A stretch of 20,000 nucleotides of DNA. Origin: Balamuthia mandrillaris (lineage: Eukaryota). Below the pieces are notes generated by a model. That model was not told where the DNA came from. It saw nothing but the letters and a program-made list of their open reading frames with translations, and did no database searches. The stretch spans positions 176,321 through 196,320 of the forward strand of contig JAVKOQ020000079.1 in the NCBI GenBank assembly GCA_031835245.2. Reading direction: 5' to 3'. Made by a program: the position numbers and the translations under genes. Positions 1-10,689 of the stretch are shown piece by piece (position 1 is the stretch's first letter; every line of letters begins with the position of its first letter).

Positions 1-151
1 GTCGACAAAAATAAATTCACGAATTCCCGCCAAAACCAAACCCAAACAAAAACGGTTCCCCAAGAAGAAGGGGAAGGCAGGGGCGGGAGCACCCCCCACC
101 AAAATAACCGCCAGACATAATAATGATAAAAAAAAAAATAGCTGTTGCGAA

Positions 152-1249
152 ATGTCAGCAATAGCAATGCCCAAGCCCAAGTATGGCATGTTGACGGCGC
201 TTAGGCGGGACGGAAGGCCTGGCAAACAAATGCCCCTTCTTAGTTCCGTCATCACCTTTGGCTCGTACGTGGATTTCTCTTCTGCTCTTGAGAAGAACCC
301 ACCACTTCTGCCTCCATCTCACCTCGGCTTATCTTTCTTTCCATCATCTTTCGCTAAAAAGCTGGGAGAAGTGCGCCGTCGTTCTCAAAGGTCAAGAGTT
401 CATTCCCCAACACGTAAAGCTGGACTTCACGGACCAGGTTCTCTCTCTCTCTCCCCTGCCTCCTCTCTGTCTTTGTTTCTCCAAACTCTCCTCGCCTAAG
501 TTGATCGCTCATGCGTCGTTCTCGTTGCAATGCAGCCAACCATTCACAACCTGAGCAACGAGGCTAGCCCTTCGGTTAGCCTGAACGACGTGCCATTGGG
601 TTACCAATACCCAAAGCCCTTGAAACACGGAGACATCATAAAGTTCTCCAACGGAGCCAAGTTTCGGTTCGACCCTGTTGTGCCTCTCGTTTTGGACATC
701 ACCAAAGAAGAGGACGAGGGAAGCATAGGAGCTTCCAAAGCTCAAACCAACAACCGCAGCACAAAGGCTGTTGCTGCAACAAAGCGTGGAAACTCGCCAA
801 CCGAAGAGAGCAACAAAGAAAAGGAGAGAATAGAAAGCGACAACGTCGCAGCTTCCCCCAAACATTATTCATCTCCTATCCAACACAAGAAGAGGATAAC
901 CTCCTCTTCTTCCTCCAACACGAACGCGAAACAGCAAGAAGAGCATCTTTCTCCAACTTGCGATGTACAAACTAAAACTTCTTCCACAACTTCGTTGCAA
1001 CAAAGTGCAGAGTCATGCAAAGTCTTCTGCCTCATCCACCCTCAACAGCGATTATCTTCTGTCTTACTCACCCCAAAAGACTCAAAGCAACAACAACAGG
1101 TTTGCTTGTCTAGCTTTCTTCTTTTGCCACAAAATCTTATGGTTAAATCATCAGTTTAACCTTTGCCTTCTCTTTTGCAGGCTTTCCTGTTGAAGGAAAC
1201 AGGCACCACAAAGGAGGCGTTTGCTCTTTGCGTTCCTTTGTTTGTGTGA
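152..1249 (+). CDS. FHA-domain protein (N-terminal FHA followed by a low-complexity Ser/Thr/Lys-rich tail); 4 exons
   Basis: Phase-consistent GT-AG model: exons 152-264, 362-437, 536-1099, 1181-1249. Spliced N-terminus MPKPKYGMLTALRRDG...ITFGSWEKCAVVL...PTIHNLS...VSLNDVPL...LKHGDIIKFSNGAKFRFD follows the FHA pattern (N...L..GD.I.F), although the usual GR is GS, so it may be degenerate. The last exon is less certain. Confidence 0.7.
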
Positions 1250-1292
1250 GTGACTCTACTTGGTCATTTTGCAAAAAAAGATGTTTGCCAGA

Positions 1293-2611
1293 TCAACTTT
1301 TTTTATTTCGTTTTCTTTTTGTGCCAACAGTTGCTGTTGTGGTCTCACGCTTGTCACTTCTCTCCTCTTCCTCAGCGTTATCACGGTCTGCTTTCATCTG
1401 CTGCTTTTCAGAAACATGATGACAACACCTATCACCGCTGTGTCCTGGTAAGGGATAGCTCATCTCATCGAAACTCCAAATGTTAATAGTGCGGTCCACC
1501 GATCCCGATATGATTTTGCTGTCATCATATTGCAGAGCCCATACGCCAGAAGTATGTTGCCGCAGGACGTTGCATGTCCACTTGCTCCCGTTGCGTACAC
1601 CATCCTCATCGCCTACTTCCTCCCATACTGCAAAGAGGTATTGAGTACGCAAAGAAATAACAAGATAGAAATAACAGAGAGGAGAGAGGAGAGGAGAATG
1701 CAGACCTCGTATGGTTTTGTCTGTGGAGCCACCGCCAGAAACGATTTTTCTGGGCCAGGTGGTGCTGTTCACTCTGAGGCAGAGAACTTCTCCTTCATGG
1801 CCGTCTATGTTGGCCACTTCTGCTCTTGAAGTACTTCCTTGCCGTAGATCCCATACCTATTTTTGTAAGATTGAACAGTTGGTTGGTTTGGGAAGAACTG
1901 AACATCAAACACAGCAACAAGAAAAGAAAAATACTTTGATGGTTTGGTCAGCTGAACCACTAAAGAGAGTATAGGGCATGCCAGTATGACGACGAACAGA
2001 AGAATTGCTCTCCGGAAACACCGCCAAAGAGTTTACTGCTCCTTTATGGCCTGTCAACGTCAGCACACATTCGGTGGTGCGCAGATCCCATAACTTGATC
2101 GTTCGGTCTGTATTGTATTGTCGAGATAATGTTAACAGTAGAAGAGAAACGTTGAGCGAGAGCTAGTGCTTTACCCTCATAACCACTTCCACTAACTAAA
2201 AGACGTTGGTCATCTTCAATGCTGAGACACCTGCATTGTACGTCATGAGAAATGCTAATTTTCACCAAAATGTGGCGGTTGGTATGAGAATGAGTAAGAA
2301 GTACCAGATATCACTACAATGTCCTAAGAGTGTATGTACACAAAATTGTTTCTGTAGATCCCATATCTTTATGGTGTGGTCCTCTGAGCCGCTCGCCAGC
2401 ATGCGGTCCTGGAACTATTAGACGACGAAGTAGAAACGAAGATCAGTATCTGGAACTGGATTAAGACACAGTGATGGTGAATGATGCCTGCAAGCTCCAG
2501 ACTCCCTTAACGTGGCCCGTAAATGTATGTATACAGCGGCCATTTTGAAGGTCCCATACTTTGACAGTTGCATCCTCAGAGCCACTACTTTCGGAGTCAG
2601 ACTTTCGCCTA

Positions 2612-2654
<43 letters not shown>

Positions 2655-4032
2655 ACAAGTGCAATATTACCTTAACAAGCGGTCTTTATGAAACTGGAGG
2701 CACCAAACGCCAGAGTTATGACCTCGCATCGTCATACGACATTCTCTGGTGTGCAAGTTCCATACTTTAATAGTTTCATCTTCTGACCCAGACACTGAAG
2801 AAAAGAAAATTGAGTCAGTATCGCAGTGAGAAGAGAAAGAGGGAGAAGAGGAGCACAATGCTTCACCTATCTTCTCTTCATCGAATTGAAGACAATAAAG
2901 TTGGCTGTCGTGCCCACGCAGGGTGTAGACTTGATATTTGGACTCCCGCCAGTTTTTGTCCAGTCGAAGCTTGTTTAAATATATGCCTTTCCAATCCTTT
3001 CTTCTTCTTTTCTGTGGTGCTGTTTTCTGAAAGATTGTAGATGATGATGATGATGACGGCGCAACATCATCCCTCTGCTGTTTAACGGTCTCCTCTGTGT
3101 TGCATTGATGGTCGCGTGCTGCTCCAGGAGATAAGACGTTGCCGCTTTCGTTGACGTTTGGTTGCTTTACCTTTCCCTTCATATCCACCAATTCTATATC
3201 TTGGCCTACAACTATCATTTCGTGGCGTTGTGTATCTTCGTGGCTGGATTGGCGACCCCCATTGTTGTCGTTGCAACGCAGCAGGTAGGAGGGGGGTTTT
3301 TGCGACTCCTGGCAGGCTGAGCACCATGTCATTATCGGAGTGACATCACGCTCCAAGTTAGGTTGCATACGCCACCGCCTGCGTCCAAACGTCACCATTA
3401 GTCCCATGAGAGAAGAGAAAAGAGGGCAGAGGAAAAAAAAAGAAGAGAAAGGGGACAAAAAGAGACTCAAACCGTTGACAAAGCAAGCGCCAGATAAGAT
3501 TATCCTGAGATAGGCGAGAAAACTGTCGGTTAAGCAGCGCAACATTGCTGAGCTCCCTCTCATCCAGATAGCTTAGAATGTAGAGCACGCACTCATCCGG
3601 CAAAAGGGCGAAATAGCCAGCTCCCTCCTTGTCGGAGAGGTTGTGCTTTTCCTTTTGTATTGTTTTTTTTTTTTGTTTTTGGGTGGCGGTGGTGGCGGGT
3701 AGGGTTTGTTTATTTGGAAAAAAAAAAGCAACAAGTGAGAAAATAATACTAATAATAGGGTGAGGAGAGGAGAGGTCACCAAATACCAAAACATCGTAGA
3801 GCGCTAACGTTTGTCGGATCTGTGCGTTGAGGTCCCTGGAGTGGGGGAGGAGCTGTTGAGCTAGGAGCTCTTCAAAGGGCCAACGGGTGGCCCCGTTCTG
3901 CAGGTTGTGGTGCACGAGCTGGACGCGATCCTCCATTTCCCCGGCTAGACATAGAAGCTCCTGCAACTGCTTGATGGTCTCACCCGTTTGTTGGCTGCGG
4001 GAGCTGTCTTGCTCCGCCTCTTCTCCTTCCAT
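1293..4032 (-). CDS. F-box/WD40-repeat protein (Cdc4/FBXW7/beta-TrCP-like SCF substrate receptor), multi-exon
   Basis: F-box motif FALLPDECVLYILSYLDERELSNVALLNRQFSRLSQDNLIWRLLC, linker DWKGIYLNKLRLDKNWR, and several WD40 repeats across ORF fragments (LRGHDSQLYCLQFDEEKI..VSGSEDETIKVWNL, SGSEDATVKVWDL..GHVKGVWSLQ, GHEGEVLCL, HTSGVWALQYDD..SGSVDRTINIW) separated by pyrimidine-rich introns. Start taken at ATG 4032 (MEGEE); not every exon boundary was resolved. Confidence 0.9.
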
Positions 4033-4295
4033 CTCTTCTCCTCTCACTTCTTCGCTCGCCAGTTGTCGTTTACAAATGGGGGAGGGGAGGGCAATTTGTT
4101 GGTGAATTGCTGCAGGAGAGGAGGAGGACCCCCGTTTGTCGACAAATAAGGACCAGGAAATTATTTGTCTCGTCGATTTTATTGGGAATTATTATTGAAG
4201 GCTCTCCTGCAGATTTGGTGCACCAATTGACCCCACCACGTTCATTCATTTCTTCCCTAGTTTAGGCCGCCAGAAGAAAGAACAACAAGCAAAGG

Positions 4296-4601
4296 ATGGG
4301 AGACGTAAGTATTACCGCCTCACTCACTTTCTTTTTGTTTCTTTTCTTTTCTCCACCTAACCAAACGAAGAGTCTCGTAAGGGCTTTGTATGACTATGAA
4401 GCGATGGATCCTGATGAGTTGACGCTTCGTGAGAACGACATCATATGTGTGCTGTCCAAAGACCCATCAGGTTGGTGGAAGGGGCAGTGCAACGGCCGAA
4501 TTGGCATGTTTCCTTCTAACTATACCGAACCTTGTGACTCGGCAACAGGCGCGATGGCAAACCCACACCTGACAAACCCTTCACGGGGAGGTACTGTCTG
4601 A
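4296..4601 (+). CDS. Small SH3-domain-only protein (~79 aa)
   Basis: Canonical SH3 motifs ALYDYEA..DELTL..ND.I.VL..DPSGWWKG..NGRIGMFPSNY. Intron 4305-4370 (GTAAGT...CTAAC...AAG, 66 nt) follows Met-Gly-Asp. Confidence 0.85.
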   Translation: MGDVSITASLTFFLFLFFSPPNQTKSLVRALYDYEAMDPDELTLRENDIICVLSKDPSGWWKGQCNGRIGMFPSNYTEPCDSATGAMANPHLTNPSRGGTV

Positions 4602-4654
4602 ACAAACGAAACAAAAAAGTTGTTTTTGGCAACGGCAGTAAATGGTGTATAACT

Positions 4655-6499
4655 TTATGCAAAGAACAACAACAAGGCAGAAGAAACAGTCGATACACCA
4701 CTGGAATCGTCCGTTGAAGTAGATGCTTGGAATGGTACGTATTGCAGCAGGTCAAAGTAGTAGAGCTCGGCACCGTATTCAGAAGTGGAAGTGACCAGGA
4801 CTATACGCTCTCCAATCAAGTTCAAAAAACCACCAACCAACGAGCCACTCCTCCTGTAAAAGATGCCAACATGGGTACCGTTACTGACCATGAAGTTGGT
4901 GTAGGAGTTGCCTCTCCCGGTGTTAACCGTTTGGTAGCAGTAGAGCAAGCCATCTGCTTCAAACAGGGTGCCTTTGATGGATGTGGCCCCCTCCAACTTG
5001 TCCAGTTGGAATGACTCCTCCTCCTCGTCTACTGCTGTCATCCTCCAAACCGCACCTTCACTGGAGATGAAGATAGAGTCTTGGAACACGAACAAGGGTG
5101 TGCCCAACACTAAAGTGTCTCCATCCTGTAGTTGCACAGTTCCATCCTGTGTGCCATCGCTGACATAGAGCTGTGGTTCCCCCAAATCCTCCTTAAAGAG
5201 AACATGAGCAGAGGCCACCAGCACTGTTCGCGTATCTATTGGAGGCTGCCCTGTAATCAAAAACGTTCCTTCTTGATCACCCGAAACGCCGTCTGTAATG
5301 CCCAGCTGACGATTATAAGTGAAGACGTAGCGGGAGGAGTCCAGTCGTTGAAAGTTGAGGAAGCATCGCAGATTGTAATCATTCCGGATGCAGTTTTGAG
5401 ATAAGTCAGTAAGTTGAACTACGGTGACATTACGTGAAGGTCCTTCGAAGGATGCACCACTCGGAGTGATGGTTGCACCGTAGAGCTGCTCCCTGCCAAG
5501 AGGCTCCTCATCACCGCTCTTGGCAGTAAAGAAGAATCGTTCTTCTGCATCTGATATCTCCTCCACCATCAAAAGATCAAAGCTGGAGAAAGGGGTATGA
5601 ATGGGGAATACAAACGACCCATCGTAGCCATATATGCCTCCGTTGCCTTCCACCCGAGTGCTAAGAAGCAGCAACTCTGTGGTTTGACCCAGGATAGAAC
5701 CACTGGTAAGCCCGAAGAACTCCTCATCTGGAACGGAGTCCAGTTCTGGGATTCCATAGAATGCACTCTTGTTCTTCACCATCTCATACATCTCTTCAAC
5801 AGAGTAGAGAGAGAGAGAGAGAGAGAAGGGATGGAGGAGAGGAAGAGGAAGGAAACATGAATAAGCAAATCACCAAAAAAAAAGAGAGAGAAAAGATATC
5901 ACAGAGAGAAGAACGTGAGGAAGAAACAACAAACCGAAGCCAGAGCTGAAGCGTGTCAAGCCCCATGGTGGGGAGGCAATCCCATTGTAGGGCATAAAAG
6001 CGTAGAGTTGGTCCTTGAATACAGTAACGAGGCTTCGCAGCTCCTCTGAACTTCCGAACACGGTTTGGTTCCATCTTGACAATACATGCTGATCACTTTC
6101 TTTACTGGCGCTCCAAAGAACGTTTTGTTGAAGATCATAGTCAAAAAGGAAGAGGTAGAGGACATCACCAAGTCGCACAGGAGAGAAACCAGAAGAGTCA
6201 GTCCAAAAAGGGTCTGTAGCGAAGGGGTCTCCTCGATTACTGGTCGTAAATTCTCCAACTTGTTGCACAACATTATCAGAGCTTGCCTCTATGGCGAAGA
6301 GTTGGCGAAAGGGTTGGTCTGGCACCGTTGCCATGAAGTAGCCTCGTGTAGAGCCAAACCTGAAGATGAGCGAAGGGTCTGAGGCTTCCACGCCTGGGTA
6401 GAGGTCTTCCAGCAACTGTGGTTCGAGGAAGTTTTCAGTTTGGGCAACCGCTGCATTGCCACAAAGCAGAGCAAAGGCAAGCACAATGAAGGGGCACAT
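4655..6499 (-). CDS. Secreted or surface ELWxxDGT-repeat-like (beta-propeller-type) protein, ~567 aa, 2 exons
   Basis: Exons 6499-5935 and 5793-4655 join in phase 1 across intron 5794-5934 (GTTTGT...AAG). Signal peptide MCPFIVLAFALLCGNAAVA. Repeat-like motifs PQLLEDLYPGVEASDP, GREQLYG, GEPQLYVSDGTQDGTVQL and SEYGAELY resemble bacterial ELWxxDGT repeats. Ser/Thr spacer and hydrophobic C-terminus SALLLFFA. Confidence 0.7.
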
Positions 6500-6583
6500 A
6501 GTTAGAACCAGAAGTCTTCTCCGCCTTGCAGTATAAACTTTGTTTCACGAAAAAAAGTTTATACAAACCAAAAAATAACATTA

Positions 6584-6669
6584 CCACCTTAGACCGCAAT
6601 AAACAACACACACACTACCTTAAGGGGTACCATCGGCCCACCTTAGACCGCAATAAACAACACACACAC
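6584..6669. repeat. Perfect 32-bp direct repeat (CCACCTTAGACCGCAATAAACAACACACACAC) x2 with a 22-bp spacer
   Basis: Identical copies at 6584-6615 and 6638-6669 in the intergenic region between two divergent genes. Confidence 0.9.
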
Positions 6670-6992
6670 ATTGATCATTCTTCTGAATACCCCTCCAAGG
6701 GGAAGATGGTGATTTTACTAAAAAAAAAAAAAAAAAAAAAAACACCCATGACGACATGATTTTAATTTATACTGCTTATCGCATCTTATTACAATCATTA
6801 ACGGACTGAAAAGAAATGGCCAGAGTAAAACAGCAGCAATGAAAGCCACATTTAGCAGGGATGTTGGTGTCGCCAAGAACCGCTGCTGCTTCATATCGTT
6901 TTAATTTTTCGTTGTCCTTATTTGTTTCTCTCTGGTTTTTTTTTTTTTTTGGCTGCGACAAAGAGCGAAACAACCACAAGAACGAGGCAAGC

Positions 6993-7844
6993 ATGCAGGG
7001 ACCCCCCACTACCGGAGAGCTGCAAGGAAGCAACGACGTTGCTAAGCTGGAAGATTTGTGCTCCAGACCCTACAAGGACCAGGCCATCTGGTTCTTGAAC
7101 GGTTTCTGGGTGGACTTTGCCAAGGACGAGGCCGACAAGATCTGGGGTTACGTCAACCTTTTAGCTGAGTTGGATGAGAAGAAGAAGGCGCACGGCAACG
7201 CTGTGGATGAGTTCCAAGCCCACCGCTTCTTGGAGAAAATCGGAGAGACCCTCACGGTCCAGTCCATGAGGGACAAGCTCCGCTCCACCGGTGCGTTCGG
7301 AGAGCAGAAGTTCAGAACAGTCCCTCTGGCCCACTTCCTCCTCTTCAAGTACAACATCAACTACCGCGACCTCGTCAACGCTCCTCAGGGCAGCCTCAGC
7401 CCCACGGAGCTCGCCAAGGCCCAAAAGATGGTGGAAGACGCCCAAGCCGCTTGCGAAGCCGCTCAGGCTCGCGAGGCTGAGCTCAGAGCCGCCGAAAGGG
7501 AGCTCAAGGCCCAGGAGGACGCCTATAACCGCAAGACTGAGGAACTGACGCGAGCCAGCGAGACTGGAGGAGCCGTTTCCAAGAACAAGGCCAAGGCTGA
7601 GCTCGCTCAACACCTTGCCGAGGATCCTTTGCCGCTTCGTCGTGCCAAGATCACCGCCGAAGCTGCCGTGAGGAAGGCTGAGGCCGCCGTCGCGGAGGCC
7701 CAAAAAAGTTTGGCGGAGGCGGAGGAGTACCTCCAAAAGGCCAAGAGCATGGGCGCACCTGAGGGACAGATCTGGTGGATGGAAAAGGAGTTGCAGGAAG
7801 CCAGGAAGTATTTGCCCAAGTCCAAGGGCGGCGTCGCCAAGTAA
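6993..7844 (+). CDS. 34-kDa calcium-regulated actin-bundling protein family member (Dictyostelium ABP34/AbpB-like), 283 aa, intronless
   Basis: Y.DQAIWFLNGFW near the N-terminus, an Ala/Glu/Lys coiled coil with ITAEAAVRKA, and C-terminal GQIWWMEKELQEARKYLPK recall ABP34 motifs (QQAVHFLNAYW; SAEAAVR; GAIWWMNRDLEE), matched from memory. Strong C/G-ending codon bias. Start placed at ATG 6993 because the upstream in-frame stretch is poly-T UTR-like sequence. Confidence 0.75.
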   Translation: MQGPPTTGELQGSNDVAKLEDLCSRPYKDQAIWFLNGFWVDFAKDEADKIWGYVNLLAELDEKKKAHGNAVDEFQAHRFLEKIGETLTVQSMRDKLRSTGAFGEQKFRTVPLAHFLLFKYNINYRDLVNAPQGSLSPTELAKAQKMVEDAQAACEAAQAREAELRAAERELKAQEDAYNRKTEELTRASETGGAVSKNKAKAELAQHLAEDPLPLRRAKITAEAAVRKAEAAVAEAQKSLAEAEEYLQKAKSMGAPEGQIWWMEKELQEARKYLPKSKGGVAK

Positions 7845-8282
7845 AAAGGCTCACCCGGTTCTTCTCACATGGTAATCTTCATATAAACCTTTTGAATGTG
7901 TTACTACTACCGGTTCGTGTTGTGTATTGTTGTCTTCTATCTTTCCTGGTCCTTTTTTTTTTCCCCCCCACAGGAAATGGGGAGGGACGAAAACAGGACA
8001 GGGCATGCAAAAAAACAAAGCGCCTTGTACGGTCCACCACGACCAGTCTAGCTAGCCTCTCCTCCATCGGCTGCCTTGCGGTATGAGGACAAAAAATACC
8101 AGCAGGCGAAGAGAAAAGAGGCGGAGAGGGCATGGAACCCAAGCTGCACACATATCCCACAATCACACCACCACTTGTGCTCAAGAAAAAAAAAATAGAA
8201 CAAAAAAACAAAAACAAAAACAAGGAACCCCTTCCCCTGCGAATAGCAAACACCTCCCTTCTCTCTGAGTGGAAACAACAAT

Positions 8283-8625
8283 ATGGAACACGAGAGCGCA
8301 CAAGATGTGAAGGAAGCCACTAAAGACTTCATCTTCCAGCAAACCATGTTCAGGGTGAAGGACCCTGTGAAGTCGGTAGATTTCTACAGCAAAGTGCTTG
8401 GCATGACCCTGTTGAAGCGCTTCGACTTTGAGTCCATGAAGTTCTCGTTGTACTTCATGGGCTACGTGGATGAGTCCCAGATCCCCACCGATGAGAAAGA
8501 GAGGACCAGGTGGCTCTTCCAACAGCCAGCTACCCTCGAACTCACCCACAACTGGGGCACTGAGAGTGACCCAACTTTTGAGGGCTACCACAATGGCAAC
8601 TCCAACCCCAGAGGTTTCGGTACGA

Positions 8626-8660
<35 letters not shown>

Positions 8661-8924
8661 CTCTCTTGCTCTCTTGCTCTCTTGCTCTCTTGCTCTCTTG
8701 CTCTCTTGCTCTCTTGCTCTCATTCTAACAGCCATTTGGCTGATATAGGCCACATTGGTATTGCTGTTCCGGACGTGGATAAGGCCTGTGAGCGATTCGA
8801 GCGACTGGGCGTCCAGTTTCAGAAGAAGCCTAACGATGGTTCGATGAAAGGCTTGGCCTTCATTAAGGACCCCGACGGCTACTGGATTGAGATCCTCAAC
8901 GGGGGCAACATGGCCTCCCTCTAA
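8283..8924 (+). CDS. GLO1: Lactoylglutathione lyase (glyoxalase I), ~170 aa, 2 exons
   Basis: Signature motifs [67 protein letters not shown]. Removing intron 8620-8748 (GTAC...ATAG, 129 nt, with (CT)n and (CTCTCTTG)n repeats) restores RGFGHIG. Confidence 0.96.
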
Positions 8925-9195
8925 ACCTTTCTCTTCTTCCTCCCCGAACGCAATGTCGTGTCGTCACAATAAACCCACAGGTTAAGATCCCGTGTCGTCA
9001 TAGTAGCCTTTCTTGGCGGCATGCAAAGAAACACGCAAGAAGAGTTAAAAAAAAAAAGGCAACCGACAAAAAAAATAGGGGCCCAAAGGAACCAGGCAGG
9101 TTAAGAAACTCATTGAGTATCGCACGGTGTGGAGGTGTGGAGGTGTGGATGTGCCGCAGCACATTACCATTACTCGTGGTACTAGGAAGTTGTGA

Positions 9196-10529
9196 ATGCG
9201 GAGAGAGTCACATCCTCCCAGCCCTACTGCCGCTACTACTGCCCTTGGGGTCATCACTGACACGGTTGACAGCAGCCAACACGCCAACAACTGGTGGAAG
9301 AACAACAGTTGCAAGAGCAGTGGTGGCGGCGGCGGGAAGAGACTGGAGAGCAGCAGAAGCTATCATCACGCTATGTTGAGACACGTGGCCTTTCGTCGGT
9401 GGACGCGGTGGCAAGGCCTGTTGGGTTTAGTTGCAATATGCTGCATCTTCTTGGGCAGCTTTGTATTTTATTTTCCTCTTACGGCGAGGCGAGAAGGTCA
9501 GCAACTCTTACTGTCCTTTCATAATGGTTGTATCTAAGCAAGTTTGCTTAACGTGCATTTTCATAGGCGAAGAGCTTCCTCAGCAGTGGGTTGACTCCAC
9601 GCCCTACCGCTGCCCCGACGGTCCTTACAGCTCCGCGCGCAAGTCGCTGCATGACTACATCCTGCAAAAAGTATTGGAGCCGTATCGCCAAGACTTGCCC
9701 TCAAGAGAGGGTTGGATCCTGATGGGAGGACCCGGGTCTGGTAAGACCTCCATCATCAACTCCATCTTTTCGCAACAGTCGGAGACGCCTATTCGTATCG
9801 ACCCCGATGAAATGCTTCCCATGCTGCCTGAATACCGCAAGTCGATGCGGTTTTGGAGCGAGACCAAGCAGACCTGGGTTTTTGCCAAAGATGCTGCCTT
9901 TGCTTGTCATGAAGAAGCCCAACATATCGCCCTACTTCTTGCAGGTTGATGTCTAACCCTAGAGGGTTCTTTTTCTTTGGGTTCAACATGTAGTTAATAG
10001 TTTGTTTTCGTTTTTTGCAGAGAAAGTGCTTCAGCTGCATATACCGTTTATATATGATGGAACAGGACGTAACATAACCACTTACGAAAAGTTGTTGGGT
10101 CTTCTTCAGCAAAATGGTTATCACTCAAACCTTATCCTGACATATTGTCCTTTGGATATTGCTTTGGAGCGGGTGAAGCTTCGAGGCCAGAACACAGGAC
10201 GCTTTGTCCCAGAGGAGGTTGTTACAAACATCTATTCAGTTGTTTACTCCAACTTTTTATCTTTGTACCCATTAGTTGACCAAGGTTCCTTTCCTCTCCC
10301 TCTCCCTCTCCCTACTCTTCCCTCTTTCTTTCCTTTTTTTTTAAAAGCAAAACTTACCAATGGTAATATAGCCTATGTATTTGATGCAAGTGGACAACGT
10401 CCACAGGCTGCTTGGTCGTGGAACAAGAGACAAGGGCACGCACATCGCTGTCGAGCCACGAAAGAGAGCTTAGTGCGGCATGTGCTCTCACTCCCATGCG
10501 ACATGCATGATGATCACCCGTTCCCTTGA
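9196..10529 (+). CDS. Zeta-toxin-family (PezT-like) P-loop kinase with an N-terminal single transmembrane anchor; 4 exons
   Basis: Phase-1 introns 9497-9566, 9945-10020 and 10285-10371 join the ORFs. TM segment LLGLVAICCIFLGSFVFYFPL follows a basic stretch. Walker A LMGGPGSGKT, then RIDPDEM, FIYDGTG and ERVKLRGQNTGRFVPEEVV, typical of zeta-toxin/AAA_33-type kinases. The start codon is uncertain. Confidence 0.75.
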
Positions 10530-10689
10530 GCTTCCTCCCTCGCTCTTTTCTATTCTCTTCTTCACTCTCTCATTTCTCTCTCCTCTCCTCTTTTCTCTTT
10601 CCTATTTATTTATTGATAAACAAAACAGTATGAATGGTGGAGTTAAAAAAAGCAGCATTAATTTGTGTGCTATGGCGCGCATGGCCTTA

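Noticed and set aside
6584..6669. CRISPR-like repeat-spacer-repeat
   Set aside because: Only two repeats, eukaryotic context, no cas genes.
6861..6992. Hydrophobic N-terminal extension (apparent signal or TM segment) on the actin-bundling protein
   Set aside because: Derived from poly-T upstream sequence; family similarity and codon bias begin after ATG 6993.
7161..7736. 191-aa minus-strand ORF
   Set aside because: Antisense shadow of the codon-biased actin-bundling gene.
8620..8748. Apparent Leu/Ser-rich insertion in glyoxalase I
   Set aside because: It is a GT-AG intron with CT microsatellites, and removing it restores the conserved RGFGHIG motif.
4655..10529. Bacterial contamination as the source of the ELWxxDGT and zeta-toxin-like genes
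   Set aside because: Both genes have canonical spliceosomal introns and are interleaved with clearly eukaryotic genes.
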